A stretch of DNA of 32,000 nt from Mycolicibacterium smegmatis (GCF_001457595.1 NZ_LN831039.1:1020001-1052000), one strand, 5' to 3'; numbered from the stretch's first letter, positions 20,513 to 30,581 are shown. Program-made: numbers and translations. The notes: generated from the sequence alone by a model not told the origin.

Positions 20513-21310
20513 TCAGCTGAGCCCCGCCAGCGCCGACCGGTTGTCCAGAATGGCGACGGTGTCCCTGACGCGCGTCGCGGCGTCGAGGTCGATGTCGACG
20601 GTCAGCAGCTCGGGTTCGGCGCCCGCGGAGGCCAGCACATCCCCGGTGGGGGAGGCGACCAGGCTTCCGCCGACACCCGTGGGGCCGGCCTTGGCGATCT
20701 CGTCACCGGGATAGGCCTGATCGACCGCGGCGATGTAACCGGTCGTGTCGAGTGCCCTGGCGCGCGCGAGCAGCGTCCACTGATCCAGCTTGCCTGGCCC
20801 GGAGCCCCACGACGCGTGGACCGTGATCAGCTGGGCACCGCGACGCGCGAGCTCGACGTACAACTCGGGGAAACGGATGTCGTAACACGTGGTGATGCCG
20901 ACCGGCGCGCCGTCGACGGTGATCGTCGTCGGCGTGAAACCCGGTGCGACGGTGCGTGATTCGGTGAAACCGAACGCGTCGTACAGGTGGATCTTGTGGT
21001 AGTGGGTGTCCACGCCCGCGCCCGCGGCGATCAGCGTGTTGGTGACGCGGCCGTCGTCGCTCGGCGAGAACATGCCCGCGACCACCACCACACCGGCACG
21101 CGCTGCGATGTCGCGCACGGCGCGCGCCCACGGCCCGTCGAGCGGTTGGGCCACCGGGCCCAGCGGCACCCCGAACCGGCACATCGTGGCCTCGGGGAAC
21201 AGCACCAGTCGCGCGCCGTGGCCGGCGGCGCGCCGGGTGTAGGACTCGACCAGCTCCAGATTCGACGACGGGTCCGTACCGGTGGTGATCTGGGCGAGAG
21301 CGATCCGCAT
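20513..21310 (-). CDS. Carbon-nitrogen hydrolase (nitrilase-like)
   Basis: MRIALAQITTGTDPSSNL, LVLFPEATMC (Glu), YHKIHLYDAFGF (Lys), GITTCYDIRFPELY (Cys). Start at 21310 (ATG) or 21313 (GTG). Position of Rv0480c. Confidence 0.93.
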   Translation of the reverse strand: MRIALAQITTGTDPSSNLELVESYTRRAAGHGARLVLFPEATMCRFGVPLGPVAQPLDGPWARAVRDIAARAGVVVVAGMFSPSDDGRVTNTLIAAGAGVDTHYHKIHLYDAFGFTESRTVAPGFTPTTITVDGAPVGITTCYDIRFPELYVELARRGAQLITVHASWGSGPGKLDQWTLLARARALDTTGYIAAVDQAYPGDEIAKAGPTGVGGSLVASPTGDVLASAGAEPELLTVDIDLDAATRVRDTVAILDNRSALAGLS

Positions 21311-21319
21311 CACTCCAGC

Positions 21320-22096
21320 CTAATTCTTCAGGGGCGCGATGGTCTGCCAGCTGACCGTGAGGACCCCGTCGCGCATCCGCCGCCGCGGCGGCTGCACACC
21401 GAAGCCCTCGTCACGCAACAACTCCAGCATCGCGCGCCAGCGCACGCGCGGACCGAACACGCCGTGCCCGGCCACGCTGGCCCACGCCCGGTCGGCGGCC
21501 GTGAGCAACGTGTGGATGGGCTGGCCGGCGACGTTGTGGTGGATCAGCACCTTGGGCAGGCGTTCGGCGAGGTCGGACGGGCGCTCGATGGCGAACGGGT
21601 CGCACGCGAGGGTCAGGCTCACCGGGCCGTCGGCGTCGAGCAGCACCCAGCAGCATCGTCGCCCCAGCTCGTCGCACGTGCCGTCGACGATCAGCCCACC
21701 CGGTGAGAGCTGCCGGCGCATGGTGGCCCAGGCGTCGGGCACCGCCTCGACGGGATACTGGCGCAGCACGTTGAACGCCCGCACCAGCACCGGCCGCAAC
21801 CCGGCCAGTTCGAACCCGCCGAGCGCGAACTGCACCGTCGGGGCGGCCAGCGCCCGGGCGGTCGCGACGCGTTCCGGATGGATCTCCAGGCCCACGACCC
21901 GCAGGTCGGCCCGCACGATCTGCAGCCGCGACGCGAGCTCGAGGGTGGTGATGGGCAACGCGCCGTATCCGAGGTCGATCACCAGGGGATCGCTCGCGCT
22001 GCGCAGCGCCGTGCGGACGCGCGGTTCGTGGACCAGCCAGCGGTCGCTGCGACGCAACCGGTTGTAACCGGTGGTGCCGCGGGTGACGGCGCCCAC
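21320..22096 (-). CDS. SAM-dependent methyltransferase-like protein
   Basis: 258 aa: DPLVIDLGYGALPITTLELASRL (motif I-like), VVGLEIHPERV, ATMRRQLSPGGLIVDGTCDELGRRCCWVLLD. Confidence 0.65.
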   Translation of the reverse strand: MGAVTRGTTGYNRLRRSDRWLVHEPRVRTALRSASDPLVIDLGYGALPITTLELASRLQIVRADLRVVGLEIHPERVATARALAAPTVQFALGGFELAGLRPVLVRAFNVLRQYPVEAVPDAWATMRRQLSPGGLIVDGTCDELGRRCCWVLLDADGPVSLTLACDPFAIERPSDLAERLPKVLIHHNVAGQPIHTLLTAADRAWASVAGHGVFGPRVRWRAMLELLRDEGFGVQPPRRRMRDGVLTVSWQTIAPLKN

Positions 22097-22100
22097 CGGC

Positions 22101-22616
22101 TTAGGAGTGCTGGGCGAGCCAGTCAGCGGTGAACGCCTCCTCCAGCGTCAGCAGGTTCTTCATGGATTCGAGGACCAGGTCCTCGAGCTTTCCGCCGACC
22201 AGCGGCACCGACACCTTGGCACGGCCGGTAACCACGAGCCGGCTGCCCGTGGAGGTCCCGATGAGCGCATAGGTGCCGTCGAGGCGGCCCGGGGTGCGCG
22301 GCACCGTCGCCTCGAAGTGACCCGCGGCGGTGCCGTTGACGGCGTTGAACGCGGTGAAGTGCTGGTGGCGCTCGATGACCATGTCGACCGGGATCACCTT
22401 GCGCACGATCCCGGGCAGCTCCGAGCGGGTCAGCACCTGGCGGAACGAGACGTCGATGCCGTCGTCGCCCGAGGTGAACGCGGTGATCTCCGACTCCTGC
22501 GTGTGTTCGCGGTAGCGGGCCATCATCGCCTGCCAGTAGTCCTCGCCCGCGAAGGCCGCGAACACCGCCTCAGGCGGTGCGGTGAACGCCATTGGGTGTT
22601 CGCGGCGGCGGCTCAT
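22101..22616 (-). CDS. DUF2505 domain protein (paralog 1)
   Basis: 171 aa: FTAPPEAVFAAFAGEDYWQAMMARY...VSFRQVLTRSELPGIVRKV...GRAKVSVPLVGGKLEDLVLESMKNLLTLEEAFTADWL. Confidence 0.82.
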   Translation of the reverse strand: MSRRREHPMAFTAPPEAVFAAFAGEDYWQAMMARYREHTQESEITAFTSGDDGIDVSFRQVLTRSELPGIVRKVIPVDMVIERHQHFTAFNAVNGTAAGHFEATVPRTPGRLDGTYALIGTSTGSRLVVTGRAKVSVPLVGGKLEDLVLESMKNLLTLEEAFTADWLAQHS

Positions 22617-22638
22617 GGATTCGACGCTACGGCAGTAA

Positions 22639-23145
22639 TCAGGCGTTCTCGGTGATCCACACCGTGGTGAAGCGTTGTTCGGCGACCAGCAGGTCCACGA
22701 GCTGGCTGCCGATGAAGTTCTCGATCTTGCCGCCGACGAGCGGCACCCGCACCTCGACCGTGGTGCGCACCGACAGGCGTGCGCCCGCGCCCGACGGTTC
22801 GAGCGCCATGGTCCCGGTCAGCGACACCGGCGCCCCTGGAATCGACCCCGCGACCTTGCCGCTGGTCCGCCCGTCGCGGACCGGCTGCCACGTCTCCTCG
22901 CGGCGGATGCTCAGGTCGCCGGGATGGAACTGCGACACCAGCCCGGGTAGCCGATCCGAGCGCAGCACCTGCGTGGTCACCACGTCGATACCGCCGTCGG
23001 CGTCGACGGTCAGGGTGTCCAGGATCGCCTCGTCGGCTCCGGAATCGGCGAGCCGCGCCCGCCAGTAGCGTTCGTCACCGAACGCCCGGAGCACCTGTTC
23101 GACGCTGCCGTCGTACTCGGTGGCCATGTCGAATGATCGCGGCAT
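22639..23145 (-). CDS. DUF2505 domain protein (paralog 2)
   Basis: 168 aa: MPRSFDMATEYDGSVEQVLRAFGDERYWRARLADSG...TTVEVRVPLVGGKIENFIGSQLVDLLVAEQRFTTVWI; position of Rv0481c. Confidence 0.85.
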   Translation of the reverse strand: MPRSFDMATEYDGSVEQVLRAFGDERYWRARLADSGADEAILDTLTVDADGGIDVVTTQVLRSDRLPGLVSQFHPGDLSIRREETWQPVRDGRTSGKVAGSIPGAPVSLTGTMALEPSGAGARLSVRTTVEVRVPLVGGKIENFIGSQLVDLLVAEQRFTTVWITENA

Positions 23146-23171
23146 AGCTGGTCAGGCTACCGTTAGCGGCC

Positions 23172-24263
23172 GTGGCCAGTTCGCATGTTGCCGGCGTGGA
23201 GATCGCGGAGGCGGTTCCGCTGGCCCCGCTGACCACGCTGCGGATCGGGCCCGTGGCGCGGCGGATGCTCACATGCACCAGCACCGAACAGCTCATCGGG
23301 GTGTTGCGCGCACTGACCGCCGACGACGAGCCGCTGCTGATCCTCGCCGGCGGGTCCAACGTGGTGCTGGCCGACGACCTGACCGATCTCACGGTCGTGC
23401 GCATCGCCAACACCGAGATCACCGTCGACGGCGACCGTGTGCGTGCCGAGGCCGGCGCGCTGTGGGACGACGTCGTGGTGACCTCGCTCGCGCACGGCCT
23501 GGGCGGGCTGGAGTGCCTGTCGGGCATCCCCGGCTCGGCCGGTGCGACGCCGGTGCAGAACGTCGGCGCGTACGGCGCCGAGGTCGCCGACACCATCACA
23601 CGGGTGCGGCTGCTGGACCGTCGTACCGGTGAAGACCGTTGGGCGACAACCGAAGAGCTGCGCTTCGGATACCGCACGAGCGTGCTGAAACACTCCGACG
23701 CGGTCATCGTGCTCGAGGTCGAGTTCGGTCTGGACGCCGCGGGTCGCAGCGCCCCGGTGCGGTACCGCGAACTGGCGACGGCGCTGGGCGTGGAACCGGG
23801 GGAGCGCACCGACCCGCTGCGCGTGCGCGACGCCGTGCTGCGGCTGCGGACCGGCAAGGGCATGGTGGTCGACCCCGATCCGGACCATCCCGACCACGAC
23901 ACCTGGAGCGTCGGCTCGTTCTTCACCAACCCCGTCGTGACGCACGCCGACTTCGAGCGCGTCGAGCGCATCGCGCGCGATGCGGGCGCCGGGCCGGTGC
24001 CCAACTATCCCGCGCCGGACGGGGTGAAACTCGCCGCGGGCTGGCTCGTGGAGCGCGCGGGCTTCGGCAAGGGCTACCCCGGTGAGGGGGCGCGGGCACG
24101 GCTGTCCACCAAGCATGCGCTGGCGCTGACCAACCGCGGCCAGGCCACCACGGCCGACGTGATGGCCCTGGCAGGCACGGTCCGGGCGGGCGTGCTCGAC
24201 GTGTTCGGGATCGAACTCACACCAGAACCGATTCTGCTGGGGTGCGTGCTGTCGGTACCCTAG
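23172..24263 (+). CDS. murB: UDP-N-acetylenolpyruvoylglucosamine reductase
   Basis: 363 aa: [74 protein letters not shown]. Confidence 0.96.
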   Translation: MASSHVAGVEIAEAVPLAPLTTLRIGPVARRMLTCTSTEQLIGVLRALTADDEPLLILAGGSNVVLADDLTDLTVVRIANTEITVDGDRVRAEAGALWDDVVVTSLAHGLGGLECLSGIPGSAGATPVQNVGAYGAEVADTITRVRLLDRRTGEDRWATTEELRFGYRTSVLKHSDAVIVLEVEFGLDAAGRSAPVRYRELATALGVEPGERTDPLRVRDAVLRLRTGKGMVVDPDPDHPDHDTWSVGSFFTNPVVTHADFERVERIARDAGAGPVPNYPAPDGVKLAAGWLVERAGFGKGYPGEGARARLSTKHALALTNRGQATTADVMALAGTVRAGVLDVFGIELTPEPILLGCVLSVP

Positions 24264-24269
24264 ATCCAC

Positions 24270-25628
24270 GTGAGCCCCGCCGGTGATGACCAGGCCGAGA
24301 TATCGGCCGACAGACAGGCCCCAGCGCCGTTGATGAACCGGCGGCGCGCCCTGACGGCACTCGCGGTGGGCATGGGTGCAGGCGTGCTGGCCGCGTGCTC
24401 CGGCAAGACGCCGCTGAGCAGCCAGGACGAGCCCGAGGCCGCACCCGCCGAGCCGACGCTCAAGTACAGCCCCGAGCCCGACACCGTCGACGTACTGCCC
24501 ACGTCCGAAGTGGGCATCGAGATCTCCGACGGCTGGATCCAGAAGATCGCGCTGACCAACGCCTCGGGCAAGGTCGTCAGCGGCAGGCTCAACCAGGACC
24601 GCACGGCGTTCACCATCACCGAACCGCTCGGCTACGACGCCACCTACACCTGGTCCGGGTCGGTGGTCGGTGAGGACGGCAAGACCGTGCCCATCGAGGG
24701 CAAGTTCACCACGGTGACCCCGCAGACCCAGGTCAGCGGTCAATTCCAGCTCGCCGACGGCCAGGTGGTCGGCGTCGCCGCGCCGATCATCCTGCAGTTC
24801 GACGCCTCGATCGACGACCAGTACCGCGCCACCGTCGAACGGGCGCTCAGCGTCGTCACCGAACCGCCGGTCGAGGGCAGCTGGGCCTGGCTGCCCGACG
24901 AGGCCGCCGGATCGCGCGTGCACTGGCGCAGCCGCGAGTACTTCCCGGCCGGCACCAAGGTCCACGTCAAGGCGCCGCTGTACGGCGTCGAGTTCGGCGA
25001 CGGCGCCTACGGTGCGGCCGATGCCACCCTCGACTTCGAGATCGGGCGCAAGCAGGTGGTCAAGGCCGAGGCGTCGTCGCACCGCATCCAGGTGCTCGAC
25101 GGCGCGGGCGCGGTCATCATGGACTTCCCGTGCAGCTACGGCGAGGGCGACCTGGACCGCAACGTCACGCGCAGCGGCATCCACGTGGTCACCGAGAAGT
25201 ACGAGGACTTCTACATGACCAACCCCGCGGCCGGCTACGCCAACGTGCACGAGCGGTTCGCGGTGCGGATCTCCAACAACGGCGAGTTCATCCACTGCAA
25301 CCCGAACAGCATCGGCGCGCAGGGCAACACCAACGTCACCAACGGTTGCATCAACCTGAACCTGGAGAACTCACAGCAGTACTTCAACAGCGCCATCTAC
25401 GGCGACCCGGTAGAGGTCACCGGAACCCGCATCCAGCTGTCCTACGCCGACGGCGACATCTGGGACTGGGCCGTGGACTGGGACGAGTGGAAGTCGATGT
25501 CGGCGTTGTCCGATACGCGCGCGCCGTCCGACATCCCGGCGTCGGCGCCCGCGACGCCGAGCGACGCCCCGACGTTGTCGGGGACGCCGACGACAACGGC
25601 GCCGCCCGAGCCTGCGCCCGGCGGATAG
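24270..25628 (+). CDS. lprQ: L,D-transpeptidase lipoprotein (LdtMt5 / LprQ-like)
   Basis: 452 aa: lipobox-like VLAACSGK, Ig-like region, YkuD-type catalytic region [34 protein letters not shown], Pro/Thr-rich tail. Confidence 0.92.
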   Translation: MSPAGDDQAEISADRQAPAPLMNRRRALTALAVGMGAGVLAACSGKTPLSSQDEPEAAPAEPTLKYSPEPDTVDVLPTSEVGIEISDGWIQKIALTNASGKVVSGRLNQDRTAFTITEPLGYDATYTWSGSVVGEDGKTVPIEGKFTTVTPQTQVSGQFQLADGQVVGVAAPIILQFDASIDDQYRATVERALSVVTEPPVEGSWAWLPDEAAGSRVHWRSREYFPAGTKVHVKAPLYGVEFGDGAYGAADATLDFEIGRKQVVKAEASSHRIQVLDGAGAVIMDFPCSYGEGDLDRNVTRSGIHVVTEKYEDFYMTNPAAGYANVHERFAVRISNNGEFIHCNPNSIGAQGNTNVTNGCINLNLENSQQYFNSAIYGDPVEVTGTRIQLSYADGDIWDWAVDWDEWKSMSALSDTRAPSDIPASAPATPSDAPTLSGTPTTTAPPEPAPGG

Positions 25629-25651
25629 GTCCGGCGGCTAGGTCCGGCGGT
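25626..25651. repeat. 13-bp tandem duplication (TAGGTCCGGCGG C/T) spanning two convergent stop codons
   Basis: TAGGTCCGGCGG at 25626-25637 and 25639-25650; contains the lprQ stop (25626-25628) and the SDR stop (reverse strand, 25638-25640). Confidence 0.8.
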
Positions 25652-26387
25652 TGAAGCGGCCGTTGGGCGCCTGATCGCGCGGCCGGATCACGATCTGGTC
25701 GAGGTTGACGTGCGACGGCCGTGACGCGACGAACCCGATGACCTCCGCGATGTCCTCGGCGACCAGCGGCGTGATGCCCTTGTAGACGTTGTCGGCGCGC
25801 TCCCGGTCGCCGTCGAAGCGCACCAGGGAGAACTCGGTCTCCACGGCTCCTGGCGCAATCTCGGTGAGCCGCACGGGTTTTCCGAGCAGTTCACCGCGCA
25901 GCGTGCGGTGCAGTGCGCCCTGGGCGTGCTTGGCCGCCGTGTAACCCGCCCCGCCGTCGTAGGTCTCGAACGCCGCGATCGAGGTGACCGTGACGATCAG
26001 CCCGTCGCCCGAGTCGACGAGCTTGGGCAGCAGGGCTCGGGTGACGCGTAATGTGCCCAGCACGTTGGTCTCCCACATCCAGCGCCAGTGGTCCAGGTCG
26101 GCGTCGGAGACCGGCGCGAGCCCCTTGGCGCCGCCGGCGTTGTTCACCAGCACGTCCACCCGGTCCAACTGCGCGGCCAGCGCGTTGACCGATTCGTCAT
26201 CTGTGACGTCCGCCACAACGGCGGTTCCGTCGATCTCCTTGGCGAGCGCGTCGATCCGGTCGGTCCGGCGAGCCGCGCAGATCACGTGAAAGCCCAGCGA
26301 GGCAAGGGTTTTCGCGGTTGCGGCGCCGATGCCGGCGCTGGCGCCGGTGACCACGGCGACCGGACGATCTGAGTGTGGTGTCGACAT
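25638..26387 (-). CDS. Short-chain dehydrogenase/reductase
   Basis: 249 aa: VAVVTGASAGIGAATAKTLA, NNAGG, YTAAKHA. Confidence 0.95.
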   Translation of the reverse strand: MSTPHSDRPVAVVTGASAGIGAATAKTLASLGFHVICAARRTDRIDALAKEIDGTAVVADVTDDESVNALAAQLDRVDVLVNNAGGAKGLAPVSDADLDHWRWMWETNVLGTLRVTRALLPKLVDSGDGLIVTVTSIAAFETYDGGAGYTAAKHAQGALHRTLRGELLGKPVRLTEIAPGAVETEFSLVRFDGDRERADNVYKGITPLVAEDIAEVIGFVASRPSHVNLDQIVIRPRDQAPNGRFNRRT

Positions 26388-26416
26388 TCACCCAACTGTA
26401 GATGGCGTGCTAAGTT
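26387..26416 (+). promoter_or_regulatory. Probable promoter of a leaderless transcript (-35 TTCACC 26387-26392, -10 TAAGTT 26411-26416)
   Basis: 18-nt spacer; the -10 is followed by 7 nt and then the GTG at 26424. Confidence 0.55.
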
Positions 26417-26423
26417 CACCTAC

Positions 26424-26492
26424 GTGACCCGGAAGTCCCAGTCCTGTTTCGCGCAGTGTGCGTGTTGTTGTTGCGCACACTGCCGCGCCTGA
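26424..26492 (+). CDS. 22-aa polycysteine leader peptide, probable cysteine-responsive attenuator
   Basis: GTG ACC CGG AAG TCC CAG TCC TGT TTC GCG CAG TGT GCG TGT TGT TGT TGC GCA CAC TGC CGC GCC TGA = MTRKSQSCFAQCACCCCAHCRA: 7 Cys, 4 consecutive. Not in the supplied ORF track. Confidence 0.78.
   Translation: MTRKSQSCFAQCACCCCAHCRA
26453..26483 (+). promoter_or_regulatory. Leader hairpin with the Cys codons in the loop
   Basis: Perfect 10-bp stem GCAGTGTGCG (26453-26462) / CGCACACTGC (26474-26483) around the 11-nt loop TGTTGTTGTTG. Confidence 0.7.
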
Positions 26493-26579
26493 CTGCGCCC
26501 GGACGCCTTTTCCCGTCCTTGCTGAGTCGCCAGGTGTGGCCTCGAACCCACCAGCCGACAACCAGTGAGGACCAATCGC

Positions 26580-27911
26580 ATGACCGCCGCAATCGTCACC
26601 CCGGCCCCCCTCTCCACCACCGCTCGTCGCGCCCCGCGCGGTTCGGCTCGCGCCACCCGGTCGCTGCCGTCGGCCGGTGCCCGTCTGCCGCAGTCGCGAC
26701 TGCTGCACATCGTGGCGCCGTCGCTGAAGGTTCCCGACGCGGCCGCGGCCTCGGTGTTCAACGCCGTCCGCCTGCGCGGCCCGATCGCCCGTGATGTCAT
26801 CGCCCAGCACACCTCGCTGAGCATCGCGACCGTGAACCGCCAGGTCACGGCACTGCTTGAGGCCGGTGTGCTGCGTGAGCGCGCCGATCTCGCAGTGTCC
26901 GGCGCAATCGGTCGCCCGCGTGTCCCGGTCGAGGTCAACCACGAGCCCTACCTGACCCTCGGCGTGCACATCGGCGCCAAGACCACCGCGATCGTCGCCA
27001 CCGATCTGCTCGGCCGCACGCTCGACGTGGTCGAGACCCCGACGCCGACGGGGACGCAGGCCGCCGCGCTGGCCACCCTGGCCTCGAGCGCACGGCGCTA
27101 CCTGAGCCGCTGGCATCGTCGTCGTCCCCTGTGGGTCGGCGTCGCCGCAGGTGGTGTGGTCGACAGCGCCACCGGCTACCTCGATCACCCGCGGCTCGGC
27201 TGGGCCGACGCCCCGGTGGGCCCCGTGCTGGCCGAGGCCCTCGGCCTGCCGGTCTCGATGGCCTCGCACGTCGACGCGATGGCAGGCGCCGAACTGCTGC
27301 TGAGCGGCCGTCGCGCCGAGAACGCCGGCGGCGCATCGCGCACCAGCCTGTATGTCTACGCCCGCGAGACCGTCGGCTACGCGCTGTCCATCGACGGTCG
27401 CGTGCACTCCCCGGCCAGCGGGCCCGGCACCATCGCGGGCCTGCCCGCGCGCTCCGAACTGCTCGGCGGCACAGGACAACTCGAATCGACCGTGAGCGAC
27501 GAGGCCGTGCTCAACGCCGCGCGCCGGCTGCGTATCGTGCCTGCCGAAGGTCCGGCCTCGACCCTGCCCGCCGTGCTGCGCGCGGCGCGCGGCGGCAACG
27601 AGAAGGCCGTCGAACTCCTCGCCGACCGCGCCCGCGTGCTCGGCGAGGCCGTCGCGCTGCTGCGCGACATGCTCAACCCCGACGAACTGGTGGTCGGCGG
27701 TCAGGCCTTCACCGAGTACCCCGAGGGCATGGAAGCGGTCGAGGCCGCGTTCGCCGAGCGCTCGATGCTCGGCCCGCGCGATATCCGCCTGACCGCCTTC
27801 GGAAATCGGGTGCAGGAGGCCGGTGCCGGCGTCGTGTCGCTCGGCGGACTTTACGCCGACCCGATCGGCGCCATGAGGCGCGCTCAGACCCGCCGCGCTG
27901 CGGCGGTGTAG
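26580..27911 (+). CDS. ROK-family transcriptional regulator (Rv0485-like)
   Basis: ATG at 26580 after GAGGA: [21 protein letters not shown]...[53 protein letters not shown] (wHTH) and ROK segment [22 protein letters not shown] 26565 GTG alternative overlaps the RBS. Confidence 0.93.
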   Translation: MTAAIVTPAPLSTTARRAPRGSARATRSLPSAGARLPQSRLLHIVAPSLKVPDAAAASVFNAVRLRGPIARDVIAQHTSLSIATVNRQVTALLEAGVLRERADLAVSGAIGRPRVPVEVNHEPYLTLGVHIGAKTTAIVATDLLGRTLDVVETPTPTGTQAAALATLASSARRYLSRWHRRRPLWVGVAAGGVVDSATGYLDHPRLGWADAPVGPVLAEALGLPVSMASHVDAMAGAELLLSGRRAENAGGASRTSLYVYARETVGYALSIDGRVHSPASGPGTIAGLPARSELLGGTGQLESTVSDEAVLNAARRLRIVPAEGPASTLPAVLRAARGGNEKAVELLADRARVLGEAVALLRDMLNPDELVVGGQAFTEYPEGMEAVEAAFAERSMLGPRDIRLTAFGNRVQEAGAGVVSLGGLYADPIGAMRRAQTRRAAAV

Positions 27912-27921
27912 ACATGACGAT

Positions 27922-29226
27922 GTGCGTCTAGCGACAGACCTCGAGACCCCCCGCCGCGTGGCGGTGTTGTCGGTACACACCTCTCCGCTGGCGCAGCCGG
28001 GCACCGGCGACGCGGGCGGCATGAACGTCTACGTGTTGCAGACCGCGCTGCAACTGGCCCGGCGTGGCGTCGAGGTCGAGGTCTTCACCAGGGCCACGTC
28101 GTCGGCCGATGCGCCGGTCGTGCCTGTGGCGCCCGGTGTGCTGGTGCGCAACGTCGTGGCCGGCCCGTTCGAAGGCCTCGACAAGAACGATCTGCCCACG
28201 CAGCTGTGCGCGTTCACCGCGGGTGTGCTGCGCGCCGAGGCGACCCACGAGCCCGGCTACTACGACGTCGTGCATTCGCACTACTGGCTGTCCGGCCAGG
28301 TCGGGTGGCTGGCGCGCGACCGCTGGGCCGTGCCGCTGGTGCACACCGCGCACACGCTGGCCGCGGTCAAGAACGCCGCACTCGCCGCGGGCGACGCACC
28401 CGAGCCGCCGCTGCGCGCGGTGGGCGAACAACAGGTGGTCGACGAGGCCGACCGCCTCATCGTGAACACCGAAGTCGAAGCGCAGCAACTGGTCTCGTTG
28501 CACAATGCCGACCGCTCACGCATCGACGTCGTGCACCCCGGCGTCGATCTCGACGTGTTCACCCCCGGTTCGCGCGACGCGGCGCGCGCGGTGTTCGGGC
28601 TTCCCACCGACCAGAAGATCGTGGCGTTCGTGGGCCGCATCCAGCCGCTCAAGGCCCCCGACATCCTGCTGCGTGCCGCGGCGAAACTGCCCGGCGTGCG
28701 CGTGCTGATCGCCGGTGGACCCTCCGGATCGGGACTTGCCCAACCGGACACGCTGGTTCGGCTCGCCGACGAACTGGGTATCAGTGACCGGGTGACGTTC
28801 CTCCCGCCGCAGACCCGCGAACAACTGGTCAACGTGTACCGGGCGGCCGATCTGGTCGCGGTGCCGAGCTACTCCGAGTCGTTCGGCCTGGTCGCCGTCG
28901 AGGCGCAGGCGTGCGGCACGCCCGTTGTCGCCGCGGCCGTCGGCGGACTGCCGGTCGCGGTGGCCGACGGCGTCAGCGGGGCACTCGTCGACGGCCACGA
29001 CATCGGCGACTGGGCCGACACCATCAGCGAGGTGCTCGACCGCGAGCCCGCCGCGCTGAGCCGCGCCGCCGCCGAACACGCCGCTCAGTTCTCGTGGGCG
29101 CACACCGTCGACGCGCTGCTCGCCAGCTACAGCCGGGCCATGAGTGACTACCGGGCCCGTCATCCCAGACCCGCCGCGCGGCGTTCCGGACGCCGGTTCT
29201 CGATGCGCAGGGGAGTACGCACGTGA
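27922..29226 (+). CDS. mshA: D-inositol-3-phosphate glycosyltransferase (mycothiol biosynthesis)
   Basis: 434 aa: [101 protein letters not shown]. Confidence 0.97.
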   Translation: MRLATDLETPRRVAVLSVHTSPLAQPGTGDAGGMNVYVLQTALQLARRGVEVEVFTRATSSADAPVVPVAPGVLVRNVVAGPFEGLDKNDLPTQLCAFTAGVLRAEATHEPGYYDVVHSHYWLSGQVGWLARDRWAVPLVHTAHTLAAVKNAALAAGDAPEPPLRAVGEQQVVDEADRLIVNTEVEAQQLVSLHNADRSRIDVVHPGVDLDVFTPGSRDAARAVFGLPTDQKIVAFVGRIQPLKAPDILLRAAAKLPGVRVLIAGGPSGSGLAQPDTLVRLADELGISDRVTFLPPQTREQLVNVYRAADLVAVPSYSESFGLVAVEAQACGTPVVAAAVGGLPVAVADGVSGALVDGHDIGDWADTISEVLDREPAALSRAAAEHAAQFSWAHTVDALLASYSRAMSDYRARHPRPAARRSGRRFSMRRGVRT

Positions 29227-29720
29227 ATGTCAGGAAGATCATCGAGGACACCCTCGTCGAGCATGAGCTCAACTACCACTTCCACGAGGGCGCGAAAGGC
29301 AGCTTGCCGGGCATCGTCGTCGAGCTGCCCGGTGAGCGCAAGCTCAAGACCAACACGCTGTTGAGCATCGGCGAGCACTCCGTTCGGGTCGAGGCGTTCG
29401 TGTGCCGCAAACCCGACGAGAACCACGAGGGCGTCTACCGGTTCCTGCTCAAACGCAACCGCAGGCTCTACGGTGTCGCCTACACGCTCGACAACGTCGG
29501 CGACATCTACCTCGTGGGGCGCATGGCGCTGCACTCGGTGACGCCCGACGAGATCGACCGCGTGCTCGGCCAGGTGCTCGAAGCCGTCGATTCTGACTTC
29601 AACACGTTGCTGGAGTTGGGTTTTCGCTCGTCCATCCAGAAGGAATGGGAGTGGCGGGTCTCGCGCGGCGAGTCGCTCAAGAACCTCAAGGCCTTCGAGC
29701 ACCTCATCGACGAGAAGTAG
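29223..29720 (+). CDS. YbjN domain-containing protein (Rv0487-like)
   Basis: 165 aa from GTG overlapping the mshA stop (GTGA): [67 protein letters not shown]... Confidence 0.87.
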   Translation: MNVRKIIEDTLVEHELNYHFHEGAKGSLPGIVVELPGERKLKTNTLLSIGEHSVRVEAFVCRKPDENHEGVYRFLLKRNRRLYGVAYTLDNVGDIYLVGRMALHSVTPDEIDRVLGQVLEAVDSDFNTLLELGFRSSIQKEWEWRVSRGESLKNLKAFEHLIDEK

Positions 29721-29759
29721 CCGAGCAGGCCCTCGCGGGCGCATGAGAAGATCAGGTCC

Positions 29760-30503
29760 ATGGCGACCCTGATCCTGCTCCGCCACGGTGAGAGCCAGTG
29801 GAACGAGAAGAACCTGTTCACCGGTTGGGTGGACGTCGACCTCACTGACAAGGGCCGGGCCGAGGCCGTCCGCGGCGGCCAACTGATGGCCGAGCAGGGC
29901 GTCCTGCCCGACGTGCTCTACACGTCACTGCTGCGCCGGGCCATCACCACCGCGCACCTCGCGCTCGACGCCGCTGACCGGCTGTGGATCCCGGTGCACC
30001 GCGACTGGCGGCTCAACGAGCGCCACTACGGCGCGCTGCAGGGCCTGGACAAGGCCGAGACCAAGGAGAAGTACGGCGAAGAGCAGTTCATGGCGTGGCG
30101 CCGCAGCTACGACACCCCGCCGCCGCCCATCGAGAAGGGCAGCAAGTACAGCCAGGACGCCGATCCGCGCTACGCCGACATCGACGGCGGCCCGTTGACC
30201 GAATGCCTCAAAGACGTCGTCGAGCGGTTCGTGCCGTACTACGAGAGCGCGATCTTGCCCGATCTGAAGGCGGGCAAGACCGTGCTGATCGCCGCCCACG
30301 GCAACTCGCTGCGCGCGCTGGTGAAGTACCTCGACGGCATGTCCGACGAGGAGGTCGTCGGCCTCAACATCCCGACCGGCATCCCGCTGCGCTACGACCT
30401 CGACGAGAACCTCAAGCCCGTCAAGATCGGCGGTGAGTACCTCGATCCCGAGGCGGCCGCCGCCGGTGCGGCCGCCGTCGCCGCCCAGGGCGCGAAGAAG
30501 TAG
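29760..30503 (+). CDS. gpm1: 2,3-bisphosphoglycerate-dependent phosphoglycerate mutase
   Basis: 247 aa: [63 protein letters not shown]. Confidence 0.97.
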   Translation: MATLILLRHGESQWNEKNLFTGWVDVDLTDKGRAEAVRGGQLMAEQGVLPDVLYTSLLRRAITTAHLALDAADRLWIPVHRDWRLNERHYGALQGLDKAETKEKYGEEQFMAWRRSYDTPPPPIEKGSKYSQDADPRYADIDGGPLTECLKDVVERFVPYYESAILPDLKAGKTVLIAAHGNSLRALVKYLDGMSDEEVVGLNIPTGIPLRYDLDENLKPVKIGGEYLDPEAAAAGAAAVAAQGAKK

Positions 30504-30518
30504 CCGACACCCGGATTC

Positions 30519-30581
30519 CGCCGAAACCGCATTCCAGCAGGCGTGCACTCGCACTTTTCCTGACGGAATGCGGTTTCGGCG
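30519..30581. repeat. Nested inverted repeat: perfect 17-bp arms, 29-nt centre with inner hairpins
   Basis: CGCCGAAACCGCATTCC (30519-30535) / GGAATGCGGTTTCGGCG (30565-30581); inner CAGG/CCTG and GTGC-actc-GCAC. Confidence 0.8.

Noticed and set aside
23163-25295. 710-aa reverse ORF opposite murB and lprQ
   Set aside because: Longest ORF in the track but spans two confidently assigned sense genes and their junction; biased composition.
26388-28022. 544-aa reverse ORF opposite the ROK gene and leader region
   Set aside because: Shadow ORF; it crosses the polycysteine leader and promoter and has no family signature.
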